From: an uncultured Gemmatimonadales bacterium
GTDB taxonomy: Bacteria > Gemmatimonadota > Gemmatimonadetes > Gemmatimonadales > GWC2-71-9
NCBI GenBank assembly: GCA_963798915.1
Contig: CAWCVB010000008.1
Span: 1-43,712, forward strand
Length of the DNA stretch: 43,712 nucleotides
Reading direction: 5' to 3'
Of the stretch, positions 29,000 to 40,880 are shown one piece after another. Each line of letters begins with the position of its first letter. Position 1 is the stretch's first letter. A model generated the notes under the pieces. That model did no database searches and was not told the origin of the DNA. It worked only from the letters and a program-made list of their open reading frames with translations. Position numbers and translations under genes: made by a program.

Positions 29000-29662
29000 T
29001 TACGCGACCACTAGCGGCTGCTCGCCCCGGAACGGCCAACCCAACTCCCGCAGGAGCGCCATCGCCAGGTCATCGCGGTCCGCACTCGTCACGATCGTGA
29101 TGTCCATGCCGTGGATCTTCTCGACCTTGTCGAAGTTGATCTCGGGGAACATCATCTGCTCCTTCACGCCGAACGTGTAGTTGCCCCGGCCATCGAAGCT
29201 GCGGCTGGGCAGCCCGCGGAAATCGCGCACGCGAGGCACGGCCAGCGAAATGAACCGGTCGAGAAACTCCCACATCCGGGCGCCGCGCAGCGTCACCGTG
29301 CAGCCCACCGGCATCCCGGCCCGCAGTCCGAAGTTGGCGATGGCCTTCTTGGCACGGGTGGTTACCGGGCGCTGTCCACTGATCAGGGCCAGCTCCTCGA
29401 GCGCCGCCTCCAGCGCCTTCGGATTCTTGGACGCCTCGCCCATGCCCACGTTCAGCACGACCTTCTCGAGCGTGGGAATCTGCTGGACGTTGGTCAGCCC
29501 GAATTGCTGCTGCAGGTTGCCGCGCACCGTCGTCAGGTAATGCTGCCGCAGCCGGGGCACGCCTGCCGCTGCCCTGGGCGTGGGATCCACTGCATACGTG
29601 GCCTTGCCCTTGTCCTTGGCGCCCGTCTTGGGTGCCTTGGCCTGTTCCGCTGTCTTTGCCAT
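29000..29662 (-). CDS. rplE: 50S ribosomal protein uL5 with N-terminal extension
   Basis: KVVLNVGMG, VTLRG, PRVRDFRG, FDGRGNYT, GMDITIVT. Confidence 0.98.
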   Translation of the reverse strand: MAKTAEQAKAPKTGAKDKGKATYAVDPTPRAAAGVPRLRQHYLTTVRGNLQQQFGLTNVQQIPTLEKVVLNVGMGEASKNPKALEAALEELALISGQRPVTTRAKKAIANFGLRAGMPVGCTVTLRGARMWEFLDRFISLAVPRVRDFRGLPSRSFDGRGNYTFGVKEQMMFPEINFDKVEKIHGMDITIVTSADRDDLAMALLRELGWPFRGEQPLVVA

Positions 29663-29665
29663 TGC

Positions 29666-30046
29666 TTACCGGCTCCTCGGCATCGCGGCATTCGACTTGA
29701 CGCTCACGCGCTCGGTCGTGCCGTCGGCGTCCTTCTTCCGGCGCACCCGCGTCGGTTCGTTTGACTTCGGGTCGATCAGCATCGCCTTCGAGTGATGGAT
29801 GGGCGCCTCCCGGCGCACCTTGCCACCCTCGCGGGTCTGCGTCGCCCGCACGTGCCGGGTGATGATGTTCACCCCTTCGATGGTGATCCGGCCCGTCTTC
29901 GGATGGGTCCGCAGCACCGTGCCACGCTTGCCCTTGTCGTCGCCCGAGATCACCTGGACCGTGTCGCCCTTGGTGATGTGGAGCTTGTATCGCGTCACGG
30001 GCTTCTGGCGCACCCGCTTGGCCTTCCGGTAAACCAGCGGCTTCAT
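29666..30046 (-). CDS. rplX: 50S ribosomal protein uL24
   Basis: KGDTVQVISGDDKGKRG (KOW motif), IEGVN, EAPIH. Confidence 0.97.
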   Translation of the reverse strand: MKPLVYRKAKRVRQKPVTRYKLHITKGDTVQVISGDDKGKRGTVLRTHPKTGRITIEGVNIITRHVRATQTREGGKVRREAPIHHSKAMLIDPKSNEPTRVRRKKDADGTTERVSVKSNAAMPRSR

Positions 30047-30047
30047 G

Positions 30048-30416
30048 CTAGAGTACCTCCGGCGCGAGCGACACGATCTTCATGTATCGCTTGTCGCGCA
30101 GTTCGCGCGCCACCGGGCCGAAAATGCGCGTGGCCCGCGGCTCGCCCTGATCGTTGATGAGCACCGCCGCGTTCTCGTCGAAGCGGATATAGGAGCCGTC
30201 CTTGCGGCGGGTCTCCTTGGCGGTCCGGACGATGACGGCCTTGGCCACGTCACCCTTCTTCACCTGGCCGGTGGGAATGGCGTCCTTGATGGCGACGACC
30301 ACCTTGTCCCCCAGCCCGGCGTAGCGCCGGCGGCTGCCGCCGAGCACGCGGATGACGAGCGCCTTGCGCGCGCCCGAGTTGTCCGCGATCCGGACGATGG
30401 TTTCCTGCTGGATCAT
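30048..30416 (-). CDS. rplN: 50S ribosomal protein uL14
   Basis: [39 protein letters not shown]. Confidence 0.99.
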   Translation of the reverse strand: MIQQETIVRIADNSGARKALVIRVLGGSRRRYAGLGDKVVVAIKDAIPTGQVKKGDVAKAVIVRTAKETRRKDGSYIRFDENAAVLINDQGEPRATRIFGPVARELRDKRYMKIVSLAPEVL

Positions 30417-30438
30417 TGGTTCCTCATGTCCCGTGGTT

Positions 30439-30464
30439 GAGGCGCAGCGCGTTGCGCCCCCTAC
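30439..30464 (-). repeat. GTAG-type REP-like palindrome directly after the rpsQ stop
   Basis: Minus strand reads TAG|GTAGGGGGCGCAACGCGCTGCGCCTC. Confidence 0.65.
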
Positions 30465-30731
30465 CTATTTGGCCCGCTCGACGATCTCAACGACCCGCCA
30501 CCGCACCGTCTTGGCCAGTGGGCGTGTCTCCATGATCCGCACCGTGTCCCCGGCCCGCGCCTCCAGCTCGTTGCGCGCCTTGTAGGTGGACGTCCGGGTC
30601 ACCTGCTTGCCGTAGACCGGGTGGGCAAAGCGCCGCACCACCGAGACCGTCACCGTCTTCGCCATCTTGTCGCTCGTCACTACGCCCTGGCGCGCCTTGC
30701 GGTGCGCCCGGGCTGTCGTCTGGTCCGCCAT
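30465..30731 (-). CDS. rpsQ: 30S ribosomal protein uS17
   Basis: [35 protein letters not shown]. Confidence 0.97.
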   Translation of the reverse strand: MADQTTARAHRKARQGVVTSDKMAKTVTVSVVRRFAHPVYGKQVTRTSTYKARNELEARAGDTVRIMETRPLAKTVRWRVVEIVERAK

Positions 30732-30940
30732 TACTTGGCCCCTCCGGCCGCGCCGGCGCGTGCCCGCATCACCGTCTGGAGCCGCGCGATGTCGCGGCGC
30801 AGGGTGCGGAACTGCATCGGGTTGTCAATCGCCTCGGTCGCCGACCGGAAGCGCAGGTTGAACTGCTCGGCACGCAACGCGTCGAGCTTGTCCTGGAGCT
30901 CCGCATCCGTGAGCTCCTTCAGTTCACCGGTGGTCAGCAT
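30731..30940 (-). CDS. rpmC: 50S ribosomal protein uL29
   Basis: [27 protein letters not shown]. Confidence 0.97.
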   Translation of the reverse strand: MLTTGELKELTDAELQDKLDALRAEQFNLRFRSATEAIDNPMQFRTLRRDIARLQTVMRARAGAAGGAK

Positions 30941-30941
30941 C

Positions 30942-31355
30942 TCAGACCTCCTCGCGGTGGACGAAACGGGTCTTCACCGGCAGCTTGGCGGCGGCGAGCG
31001 CCATGGCCTTGCGCGCCAGCTCTTCGGTCACGCCCTCGACCTCGAACAGCACCCGGCCCGGCTTGACCACAGCCACCCAGCCCTCGGGGTTGCCCTTGCC
31101 CTTGCCCATGCGGGTCTCGGCCGGCTTCTTGGTGATCGGCTTGTCCGGGAAGATCCGGATCCACACCTTGCCGCCGCGCTTCATTTCACGCGTCATGGCC
31201 ACGCGGCTGGCTTCGATCTGCCGGTTCGAGATCCAGCCCGGCTCCAGCGACACCAGCCCGAACTCCCCGAATGCCACGGTGCTGCCCCGATAGGCCAGGC
31301 CGCGGGTCTTGCCCTTGAACTGCTTGCGAAACTTGATGCGCTTGGGTGACAGCAT
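30942..31355 (-). CDS. rplP: 50S ribosomal protein uL16
   Basis: [34 protein letters not shown]. Confidence 0.99.
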   Translation of the reverse strand: MLSPKRIKFRKQFKGKTRGLAYRGSTVAFGEFGLVSLEPGWISNRQIEASRVAMTREMKRGGKVWIRIFPDKPITKKPAETRMGKGKGNPEGWVAVVKPGRVLFEVEGVTEELARKAMALAAAKLPVKTRFVHREEV

Positions 31356-31358
31356 GCC

Positions 31359-32018
31359 TCAGGCTCCCGTGCTGTACGTGCGGCCGCCCATGTCCTCGAC
31401 GACCTCACCCTTGAAGATCCAGACCTTGATGCCGATCGTGCCGTACGTGGTCTTCGCGGTGGACGTGGCATAATCCACGTCGGCGCGCAGGGTGTGCAGC
31501 GGCACCCGGCCTTCACGATAGCCCTCGGTGCGGGCGATCTCGGCTCCGCCCAGCCGGCCCGACGTGCGCACCTTGATCCCCTGGGCGCCCATCCGCATGG
31601 CCGACTGCACGGCGCGCTTCATGGCGCGGCGGAAGGAGATGCGCTGCACCAGCTGGTGCGCGATGTTGTCGGCCACCAGCTGGGCCGCCAACTCGGGCCG
31701 CTTGATCTCCTCGACGTTGATCGCCGCTTCCTTGCCGGTCAGCTGGGCCAGCTCATCGCGGAGCTTGTCCACCTCGGCGCCGCGCTTGCCGATCACCACG
31801 CCCGGCCGTCCCGTGTGCACGGTCACGGTGACCTTGCCGGGCCGGCGGTCGATGTGCACCTCGGCGATGGCGGCATGCCCCAGCCGCGCCTTGAGGTACT
31901 TGCGGATGAGCTCGTCCTCCTTGAGCAGCGCCGGCATTTCCTTGGTGGCAAACCAGCGGGACTGCCAGGGCTTGACGATGCCGAGCCGGAACCCGGTCGG
32001 GTGCGTCTTCTGACCCAT
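31359..32018 (-). CDS. rpsC: 30S ribosomal protein uS3
   Basis: [41 protein letters not shown]. Confidence 0.99.
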   Translation of the reverse strand: MGQKTHPTGFRLGIVKPWQSRWFATKEMPALLKEDELIRKYLKARLGHAAIAEVHIDRRPGKVTVTVHTGRPGVVIGKRGAEVDKLRDELAQLTGKEAAINVEEIKRPELAAQLVADNIAHQLVQRISFRRAMKRAVQSAMRMGAQGIKVRTSGRLGGAEIARTEGYREGRVPLHTLRADVDYATSTAKTTYGTIGIKVWIFKGEVVEDMGGRTYSTGA

Positions 32019-32374
32019 CAGTTACTCTCCTTGGCGGCCACATGGATCTCGACGTGGCTGGTGCGCTTGCGGATCGGCGTGGCGCGGCCCTGGGCCGCGG
32101 CCGTGAATCGCTTGAGCGGGGTGCCCATGTCCACCACCGCCTTGGTGACCAGCAGCTCGTCGACGTCGAAGGGCTCGTTCTCGCGCAGCGCCGCCTGCTC
32201 GGCATTGGCCACCGCCGAGCGCAGCGTCTTCTCGATCTGTCGCGCGGCGAGCTTCTTCGAGAATTTGAGCAGCGCGTACGCCTCATTCACGTCCTTGCCG
32301 CGAATCAGGTCAATTACGAGCCGCATCTTTCGGGGGCTCTGCCGCACGCCCCGCTGAATCGCCTGTCCACTCAT
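32018..32374 (-). CDS. rplV: 50S ribosomal protein uL22
   Basis: [32 protein letters not shown]. Confidence 0.97.
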   Translation of the reverse strand: MSGQAIQRGVRQSPRKMRLVIDLIRGKDVNEAYALLKFSKKLAARQIEKTLRSAVANAEQAALRENEPFDVDELLVTKAVVDMGTPLKRFTAAAQGRATPIRKRTSHVEIHVAAKESN

Positions 32375-32376
32375 GA

Positions 32377-32667
32377 TCACTCCGGCCTGGCCTTCTTGTC
32401 GGCCACCAGGCGTCCGCTGTGCCCGCGGAACAGCCGCGTGGGCGCGAACTCGCCCAGCTTGTGGCCCACCATGTTCTCGGTCACGTACACCGGCACGAAC
32501 TTGTTGCCGTTGTGCACCGCGAAGGTGTGTCCCACGAACTCGGGCAGAATGGTGCTCGCCCGGCTCCAGGTCTTGACCACCTTCTTCTCATTCCGGCTGT
32601 TGAGCCCGTCCACCTTGCGCCGCAGCGCGTCCTGCACGAAGGGGCCCTTCTTGACGCTTCTTGCCAT
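32377..32667 (-). CDS. rpsS: 30S ribosomal protein uS19
   Basis: [31 protein letters not shown]. Confidence 0.99.
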   Translation of the reverse strand: MARSVKKGPFVQDALRRKVDGLNSRNEKKVVKTWSRASTILPEFVGHTFAVHNGNKFVPVYVTENMVGHKLGEFAPTRLFRGHSGRLVADKKARPE

Positions 32668-32701
32668 GGGTAGTCTCGTCTCGCGACTTGAGTCAGGTCA
32701 T

Positions 32702-32745
32702 CAGTCAACGGCCGACGGTCGACTGTTGACTGTTGACCGTCGACT
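32702..32745. repeat. Heptamer-period imperfect inverted repeat between rplB and rpsS
   Basis: CAGTCAA CGGCCGA CGGTCGA CTGTTGA CTGTTGA CCGTCGA. Confidence 0.65.
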
Positions 32746-33583
32746 ATCTCGTTGCTTTCCCGCGCTTCCGTCCCCGCACGATGTGCTTGTTGGACGCCTT
32801 CTTGCGCAGCCGGGTCTTGCGACCTTCCGGCTTGCCCCAAGGCGACACCGGCGGCCGCCCGCCCGACGTCTTGCCCTCGCCGCCGCCCAGCGGGTGGTCC
32901 ACCGGATTCTTCGCGACGCCGCGGACCTTGGGCCGCTTGCCCAGCCAGCGGTTCTTGCCCGCCTTGCCGACGGACAGCAGCTCATGCTCGGCGTTGCCCA
33001 CTTCGCCCACGGTGGCGAGGCAGCGTCCATGCACCCGGCGCATCTCGGTCGAGCGGAGCCGGAGCGTGACGTAGTCGCCTTCCTTGGCCACGACCTGGGC
33101 GCTCGCCCCGGCCGAGCGAATCATCTGGCCACCCTTGCCGATCTTGAGCTCGACATTGTGCACGGCCGTGCCAAGCGGAATCTCGACCAGCGGCAGGGCA
33201 TTGCCGGTCCGCACGTCGGCGCCGGGACCGGAGGTGACCACGTCACCCTGGGCCAGGCCCTTGGGATGCAGGATGTAGCGCTTCTCACCATCGGCGTAGA
33301 CGATGAGCGCAATGCGCGCGGTGCGGTTCGGGTCGTATTCAATCTCGGACACGCGGCCCGGCACGCCGAACTTGTCACGCTTGAAGTCGATCTTCCGGTA
33401 TTGCCGCTTGTGCCCGCCGCCACGGTGGCGCGAGGTCACGTGGCCGCGGTTGTTCCGGCCGCCTGACTCCTTGCGGGGCTCGAGCAGGCTCTTTTCCGGC
33501 GTGGACCGGGTGATCTCGTCAAACCCGGAGACCGACTTGAACCGGGTGGCGGCCGTCATGGGGCGAAACTGTCGGATACTCAT
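32744..33583 (-). CDS. rplB: 50S ribosomal protein uL2
   Basis: [36 protein letters not shown]. Confidence 0.99.
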   Translation of the reverse strand: MSIRQFRPMTAATRFKSVSGFDEITRSTPEKSLLEPRKESGGRNNRGHVTSRHRGGGHKRQYRKIDFKRDKFGVPGRVSEIEYDPNRTARIALIVYADGEKRYILHPKGLAQGDVVTSGPGADVRTGNALPLVEIPLGTAVHNVELKIGKGGQMIRSAGASAQVVAKEGDYVTLRLRSTEMRRVHGRCLATVGEVGNAEHELLSVGKAGKNRWLGKRPKVRGVAKNPVDHPLGGGEGKTSGGRPPVSPWGKPEGRKTRLRKKASNKHIVRGRKRGKATR

Positions 33584-33585
33584 GA

Positions 33586-33873
33586 TCAGCCCTCGAAGAC
33601 GGCGATGGAGTCGCCGTCCTTCAGCGTGACGATGGCCTTCTTCCAGCGCGCCGTCGTGCCGCGGGTCCGGCCACGCATCACCGCATGGCGGCGCATCTGC
33701 ATGGTCCGCACGTCGGTGACGGTGACGCCGAACAGCTGCTGCAGCGCGTCCCGGATCTGGTACTTATTGGCCAGGGGATGCACCTCGAAGGCGTATTCCT
33801 TGCGCGTCTGATACGCGATGGAGCTCTTCTCGGTGACCACCGGGCGCACAATGACCTCATGCATGGCCGGCAT
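33586..33873 (-). CDS. rplW: 50S ribosomal protein uL23
   Basis: [22 protein letters not shown]. Confidence 0.97.
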   Translation of the reverse strand: MPAMHEVIVRPVVTEKSSIAYQTRKEYAFEVHPLANKYQIRDALQQLFGVTVTDVRTMQMRRHAVMRGRTRGTTARWKKAIVTLKDGDSIAVFEG

Positions 33874-34751
33874 TACTTCTCTTCCTTCCTGGTCCGCTTG
33901 GCCTTGGCGGCCTTCGGGCGCTTGCTCGTCTTCGCACGCTTGGCGGCCTTGGCGCTCTTGGCGGTGGCCTTCTTGGCGCTCTTGGCCGCCGCGCGCCCGG
34001 CGCTCTTCTTGCGCGGGCTCTTGGCACGCTTGGCGCTCTTCGCGCTGCTGGTCTTCTTGGCGGCCTTGGCGCTGCTCTTCTTCTTCCTGGCCGCCGGCTT
34101 GGCCGGCGCCGCCTCGAGCGCTTCGGTAATGTCAGGCTCCACGCCAGTCAGTGCCGCCTCTTCCACCACCACGCGGTCTGACCAGAGGACGTCATACGCC
34201 GACACATCGGCGTAGTTCATGACCTGCACGCGCGGGAGGTTGCGCCCGCTCAGGAAGACGTTCGGGTTGTGGCCATGGGTCAGCACCAGCACCTTCTCGT
34301 CGCCCGCGCCGATCCGCTCCAGCAGTCCGGCCAGGAGACTGGTCTTGGGCGCCTCGAACATCAGCTTCTCGACCACCGCCATGTTGCCTTCGCGGGCCCG
34401 GGCGTTCAGGGCCGACTTCCGCGCCAGCTGACGCAGTTTCCGCGGCAGGGTGGTGGTGTAGTCGCGCGGCCGCGGTCCGAAGACGATGCCGCCTCCGCGC
34501 CAGTGCGCGGCTCGGGTCGTGCCCTGGCGCGCCCGGCCGGTGCCCTTCTGTTTCCAGGGCTTCTGGTTGCCGCCCGACACTTCGCTGCGGGTCTTGGTGT
34601 TATGCGTGCCCTGCCGCTGGTTGTTGCGGAAGGCCACGACCGCGCGGTACAGCGCCGCTTCGTTGACCGTCCCGTCGAAGGTCGCGTCCGGCAGCGCAAA
34701 GGCATCGTCTCGCGGGTTGCCCGCGGCCGTATAGTGCTGTGCCTCAATCAT
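33873..34751 (-). CDS. rplD: 50S ribosomal protein uL4 with Lys/Ala-rich C-terminal tail
   Basis: RQGTHNTKTRSEVSGG, KPWKQKGTGRARQG, GGGIVFGPRPR. Confidence 0.97.
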   Translation of the reverse strand: MIEAQHYTAAGNPRDDAFALPDATFDGTVNEAALYRAVVAFRNNQRQGTHNTKTRSEVSGGNQKPWKQKGTGRARQGTTRAAHWRGGGIVFGPRPRDYTTTLPRKLRQLARKSALNARAREGNMAVVEKLMFEAPKTSLLAGLLERIGAGDEKVLVLTHGHNPNVFLSGRNLPRVQVMNYADVSAYDVLWSDRVVVEEAALTGVEPDITEALEAAPAKPAARKKKSSAKAAKKTSSAKSAKRAKSPRKKSAGRAAAKSAKKATAKSAKAAKRAKTSKRPKAAKAKRTRKEEK

Positions 34752-35367
34752 GGCGGCTTCGTCCTCCCTGCTTGGCGACCGTCACGATGCCGTTGCGCGA
34801 GCCCGGAATGGCGCCGCGCACGAAGAGCAGATTGCGCTCCGCATCGACCTTGACGACGGTCAGGCCCAGCTCCGTGTGGCGCCGGGCGCCCTGGTGGCCG
34901 GGCATCCGCTTGCCCTTGATGACGCGCGACGGATTGGTGCCCGGTCCGATGGAGCCCGGCTTCCGGTGCCGCGTGTTGCCGTGTGACCCTGGTCCGCCAC
35001 CGAAGCCGTAGCGATGCACCACGCCCTGGAAGCCCCGGCCCTTGCTGGTACCGGTGACCTTGACCCTCTCGCCCGCGGCAAAAATGTCCACCGTGACCTC
35101 AGCACCGGCGGCTGGCGTGTCGCCGGCCAGCGCAAACTCGCGCACCACTGCCGGCGCGGCCTCCAGGCCGGCGGCCTTGGCGTGACCCAGCTCGGCACGG
35201 CTGGCACGGCTGGCGCGCTGCGCCCCGAAGCCAAGCTGCACCCGCCCGTCGCCGCTTCGCAGCACGCGACAGGGGCCGGCCTCGATGATCGTCACCGGCA
35301 CCGCGGTGCCATCTTCCGCGAAGACTCGCGTCATGCCGAGCTTGCGGCCAATCAGTCCGTTGGTCAT
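34744..35367 (-). CDS. rplC: 50S ribosomal protein uL3
   Basis: [34 protein letters not shown]. Confidence 0.98.
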   Translation of the reverse strand: MTNGLIGRKLGMTRVFAEDGTAVPVTIIEAGPCRVLRSGDGRVQLGFGAQRASRASRAELGHAKAAGLEAAPAVVREFALAGDTPAAGAEVTVDIFAAGERVKVTGTSKGRGFQGVVHRYGFGGGPGSHGNTRHRKPGSIGPGTNPSRVIKGKRMPGHQGARRHTELGLTVVKVDAERNLLFVRGAIPGSRNGIVTVAKQGGRSRHD

Positions 35368-35369
35368 GG

Positions 35370-35678
35370 CTACTCGACCTTGATCTCGACGTCCACGCCA
35401 GCCGGCAGGTCGAGCTTGGTCAGCGCGTCCATGGTGGCAGGCCGGGAGTCATTGATGTCCAGCAGCCGCTTATGGGTCCGGAGCTCGAACTGCTCGCGGC
35501 TCTTCTTGTCCACGTGCGGGCTGCGCAGCACCGTCCAGCGCTCCGTCTTGACCGGCAGCGGGATCGGGCCGGACACGGTGGCGCCGGTCTTCTCGGCGGT
35601 GCGGACGATATCCGCCGCGGCCTGGTCCAGCACCATGTGATCGAACGCCTTGAGGCGGATGCGAATTTTCTGAGCCAT
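35370..35678 (-). CDS. rpsJ: 30S ribosomal protein uS10
   Basis: [31 protein letters not shown]. Confidence 0.99.
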   Translation of the reverse strand: MAQKIRIRLKAFDHMVLDQAAADIVRTAEKTGATVSGPIPLPVKTERWTVLRSPHVDKKSREQFELRTHKRLLDINDSRPATMDALTKLDLPAGVDVEIKVE

Positions 35679-35692
35679 TGTATGCTCGCTCT

Positions 35693-35720
35693 GTGGGGGC
35701 GGCCCGGGGGCCGCCCGTAC
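35693..35720 (-). repeat. REP-like palindrome after the tuf stop
   Basis: Minus strand reads GTACGGGCGGCC-CCCG-GGCCGCCCCCAC. Confidence 0.6.
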
Positions 35721-35721
35721 C

Positions 35722-36924
<1,203 letters not shown>

Positions 36925-36960
36925 TGCCCGCTGCTCCTTGATGCGTTTGGTGTCGCTGCC

Positions 36961-37015
36961 GGGTCATGCGTCGTGCGTCATGAGTCGCGACACCCACGAC
37001 CCACGACTCACTGGC

Positions 37016-37023
<8 letters not shown>
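36961..37023. repeat. Heptamer inverted-arm repeat between fusA and tuf
   Basis: GGGTCAT GCGTCGT GCGTCAT GAGTCGC followed by ACCC ACGACCC ACGACTC..ACGACT. Confidence 0.7.
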
Positions 37024-39112
<2,089 letters not shown>

Positions 39113-39357
39113 GCGTCTCCAGTTCCTATCAGCGAAAAAGCGGGGCGACCGAGCCGGGACCGTGATCCCGTGGTATCGCTCCGCGCGGCATCCGGGCTTC
39201 CGCCCGGGATGACCCCGCTCCTGAAGCCGCGAGGCCGAGGGCGGGATACGCGTTGTAATCGGAGGGCGAGAGGTGGCTGGCAACACTGCGCCGTCACGTC
39301 ACCCGATGTCGCATTGGCTTTTCTCGGCAACCTGAAATAACCGTGGAAAGCCAGAGC
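39113..39357 (-). ncRNA. Candidate structured cis-regulatory 5' leader of the fusA-tuf-S10-spc transcript
   Basis: About 250 nt between a promoter and fusA. Multi-stem structure closed by GAGCGGGGU/GCCCCGCUU and followed by U's, with a GGAA-tetraloop hairpin. Confidence 0.45.
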
Positions 39358-39363
39358 CCCGAA

Positions 39364-39391
39364 AAGTTAACGGCCGAAGGTCCGAAGTCAA
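39364..39391 (-). promoter_or_regulatory. Sigma70-type promoter upstream of fusA
   Basis: TTGACT-16 nt-TAACTT. Confidence 0.6.
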
Positions 39392-39401
39392 GCCACCCGT
39401 G

Positions 39402-39791
39402 CTAGTTGGCGGGTCCGGTCTCGCTGCCTCCTGAGCAGTCGACCAGGAAACGCACCCGGACCGTGGCTCCCGGGTCAAGAGCGATGGCCCGCGCCTCGGG
39501 CGCCTCGCACTCAGGCGGCAGGTTGCCCAGCTGGAGCGCCACCAGACCCGGCCTGAGCCCATTCAGGGACCAGACCCCACGCCCATCGGTCGTGGCGGTT
39601 CTGTCACCCGGGTTGGCGACGACCTTGATGCCGCTCATCACGCCATACTCCTTCGAGAGCACCCGGCCGGTAACGGCGCCGACCGCCGGCACCGGCACGT
39701 CCGGCTGGCCGGAGGGGCCGCTGACGGGGTCGGTCAGGCTGTCGCAGGCGCTGAGGACGACCAGGGCCAGAGCCAACGGGATCGCGCGCAT
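39402..39791 (-). CDS. Putative lipoprotein (carboxypeptidase-regulatory-like beta-sandwich)
   Basis: MRAIPLALALVVLSAC lipobox, then GAVTGRV..ATTDGRGVWSLNGLRPG pattern, plus a Cys pair. Confidence 0.75.
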   Translation of the reverse strand: MRAIPLALALVVLSACDSLTDPVSGPSGQPDVPVPAVGAVTGRVLSKEYGVMSGIKVVANPGDRTATTDGRGVWSLNGLRPGLVALQLGNLPPECEAPEARAIALDPGATVRVRFLVDCSGGSETGPAN

Positions 39792-39848
39792 GGGCAGCTC
39801 CATGATGGGGTGCCCTGATATAACACCGGATCGCCCCGTGGGCCACGC

Positions 39849-39878
39849 AAAAAAAGGGGCGGCCACCTGGCCACCCCT
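39849..39878 (-). terminator. Intrinsic terminator after rpsL-rpsG
   Basis: Minus strand reads AGGGGTGGCC-AGGT-GGCCGCCCC followed by T7. Confidence 0.8.
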
Positions 39879-39890
39879 CTCGATTCCGAC

Positions 39891-39932
39891 CGCGCGGTAG
39901 GGGCAAAGCTATAGCTTTGCCCCTACCGCGCG
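39891..39932. repeat. Perfect 42-bp palindrome containing a GTAG-type REP
   Basis: CGCGCGGTAGGGGCAAAGCTA|TAGCTTTGCCCCTACCGCGCG. Confidence 0.85.
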
Positions 39933-39934
39933 AC

Positions 39935-40405
39935 TCACCACCGATAATGCGAGAACGCGCGGTTGGCCTCGGCCATCCGGTGCGTGTCATCCTTCTTCTT
40001 GATGGTATTGCCTTCGCCCTTGGAGGCGAGGATCAGCTCCGCTGCCAGCCGCTCCGACATGGTCTTCTCGGTGCGGGCGCGCGAGAAGGAGATGAGCCAG
40101 CGCATGGCCAGGGCCGTCCGGCGCTCGGGCCGGACTTCGACCGGCACCTGGAGCGACGCACCGCCGACCCGGCGGCTCTTCACTTCCACCGCGGGCTTGG
40201 CGTTGTTGACGGCCTGCTTGAAGACCGCCACCCCGGCCTGGCCGGTGCGTTCCTCGATCATATCCATGGCATCGTAGAAGATGCGTTCCGCCGTGCTCTT
40301 CTTGCCATCGTAGGTCAGGTTGCTGACAAACTTGGACACGGTCTGGCTGTCGAACCGCGGATCCGGCGGGACGATCCGCTTGACCGCCTTGTTCCGGCGG
40401 CTCAC
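39935..40405 (-). CDS. rpsG: 30S ribosomal protein uS7
   Basis: [39 protein letters not shown] overlap with rpsL. Confidence 0.99.
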   Translation of the reverse strand: MSRRNKAVKRIVPPDPRFDSQTVSKFVSNLTYDGKKSTAERIFYDAMDMIEERTGQAGVAVFKQAVNNAKPAVEVKSRRVGGASLQVPVEVRPERRTALAMRWLISFSRARTEKTMSERLAAELILASKGEGNTIKKKDDTHRMAEANRAFSHYRW

Positions 40406-40782
40406 TTGGCCGCCTTGGGCCGCTTGGCGCCGTACTTGGACCGGCTGCGGCGACGGTCGTTGACGCCGGCGGAATCCAGCGCACCACGGACGATATGATA
40501 GCGGACGCCCGGCAGGTCCTTCACCCGGCCGCCACGGATCAACACGATCGAGTGTTCCTGCAGGTTGTGGCCCTCACCAGGGATATACGCCGTGACTTCG
40601 AATCCATTGGTCAGGCGAACACGCGCCACCTTGCGGAGGGCCGAGTTCGGCTTCTTGGGGGTCGTGGTGTACACCCGCGTGCAGACCCCGCGCTTGAGGG
40701 GGTTGCCCTTGAGCGCCGGCGACTTGTCCTTGGCTTCGGCCGGCTTGCGGCCGTGCCGGATCAACTGATTGATGGTCGGCAT
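40402..40782 (-). CDS. rpsL: 30S ribosomal protein uS12
   Basis: [40 protein letters not shown]. Confidence 0.99.
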   Translation of the reverse strand: MPTINQLIRHGRKPAEAKDKSPALKGNPLKRGVCTRVYTTTPKKPNSALRKVARVRLTNGFEVTAYIPGEGHNLQEHSIVLIRGGRVKDLPGVRYHIVRGALDSAGVNDRRRSRSKYGAKRPKAAK

Positions 40783-40835
40783 ATCCCTGCTTTGGTGCGT
40801 TGAGCAGCCCCGGCCTGTTCCGGGACAGACTTGGA

Positions 40836-40864
40836 AACGTAGCGCCGGGATGGGGTTAGGTCAA
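40836..40864 (-). promoter_or_regulatory. Sigma70-type promoter of rpsL
   Basis: TTGACC-17 nt-TACGTT. Confidence 0.7.
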
Positions 40865-40880
40865 GGCAGGAGGCGGGTCG

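Noticed and set aside
39113..39286. 58-aa N-terminal extension of EF-G in the ORF track
   Set aside because: The canonical start MPRTTPL follows a GGAG SD at 39112. The upstream region is better explained as UTR.
39113..39357. fusA upstream region as tRNA, SRP RNA, 6S RNA or tmRNA
   Set aside because: I found no cloverleaf or T-loop, no SRP domain IV motif and no tRNA-like ends.
40402..40782. Streptomycin-resistance substitutions in uS12
   Set aside because: PKKPNSA and RVKDLPG are wild-type.
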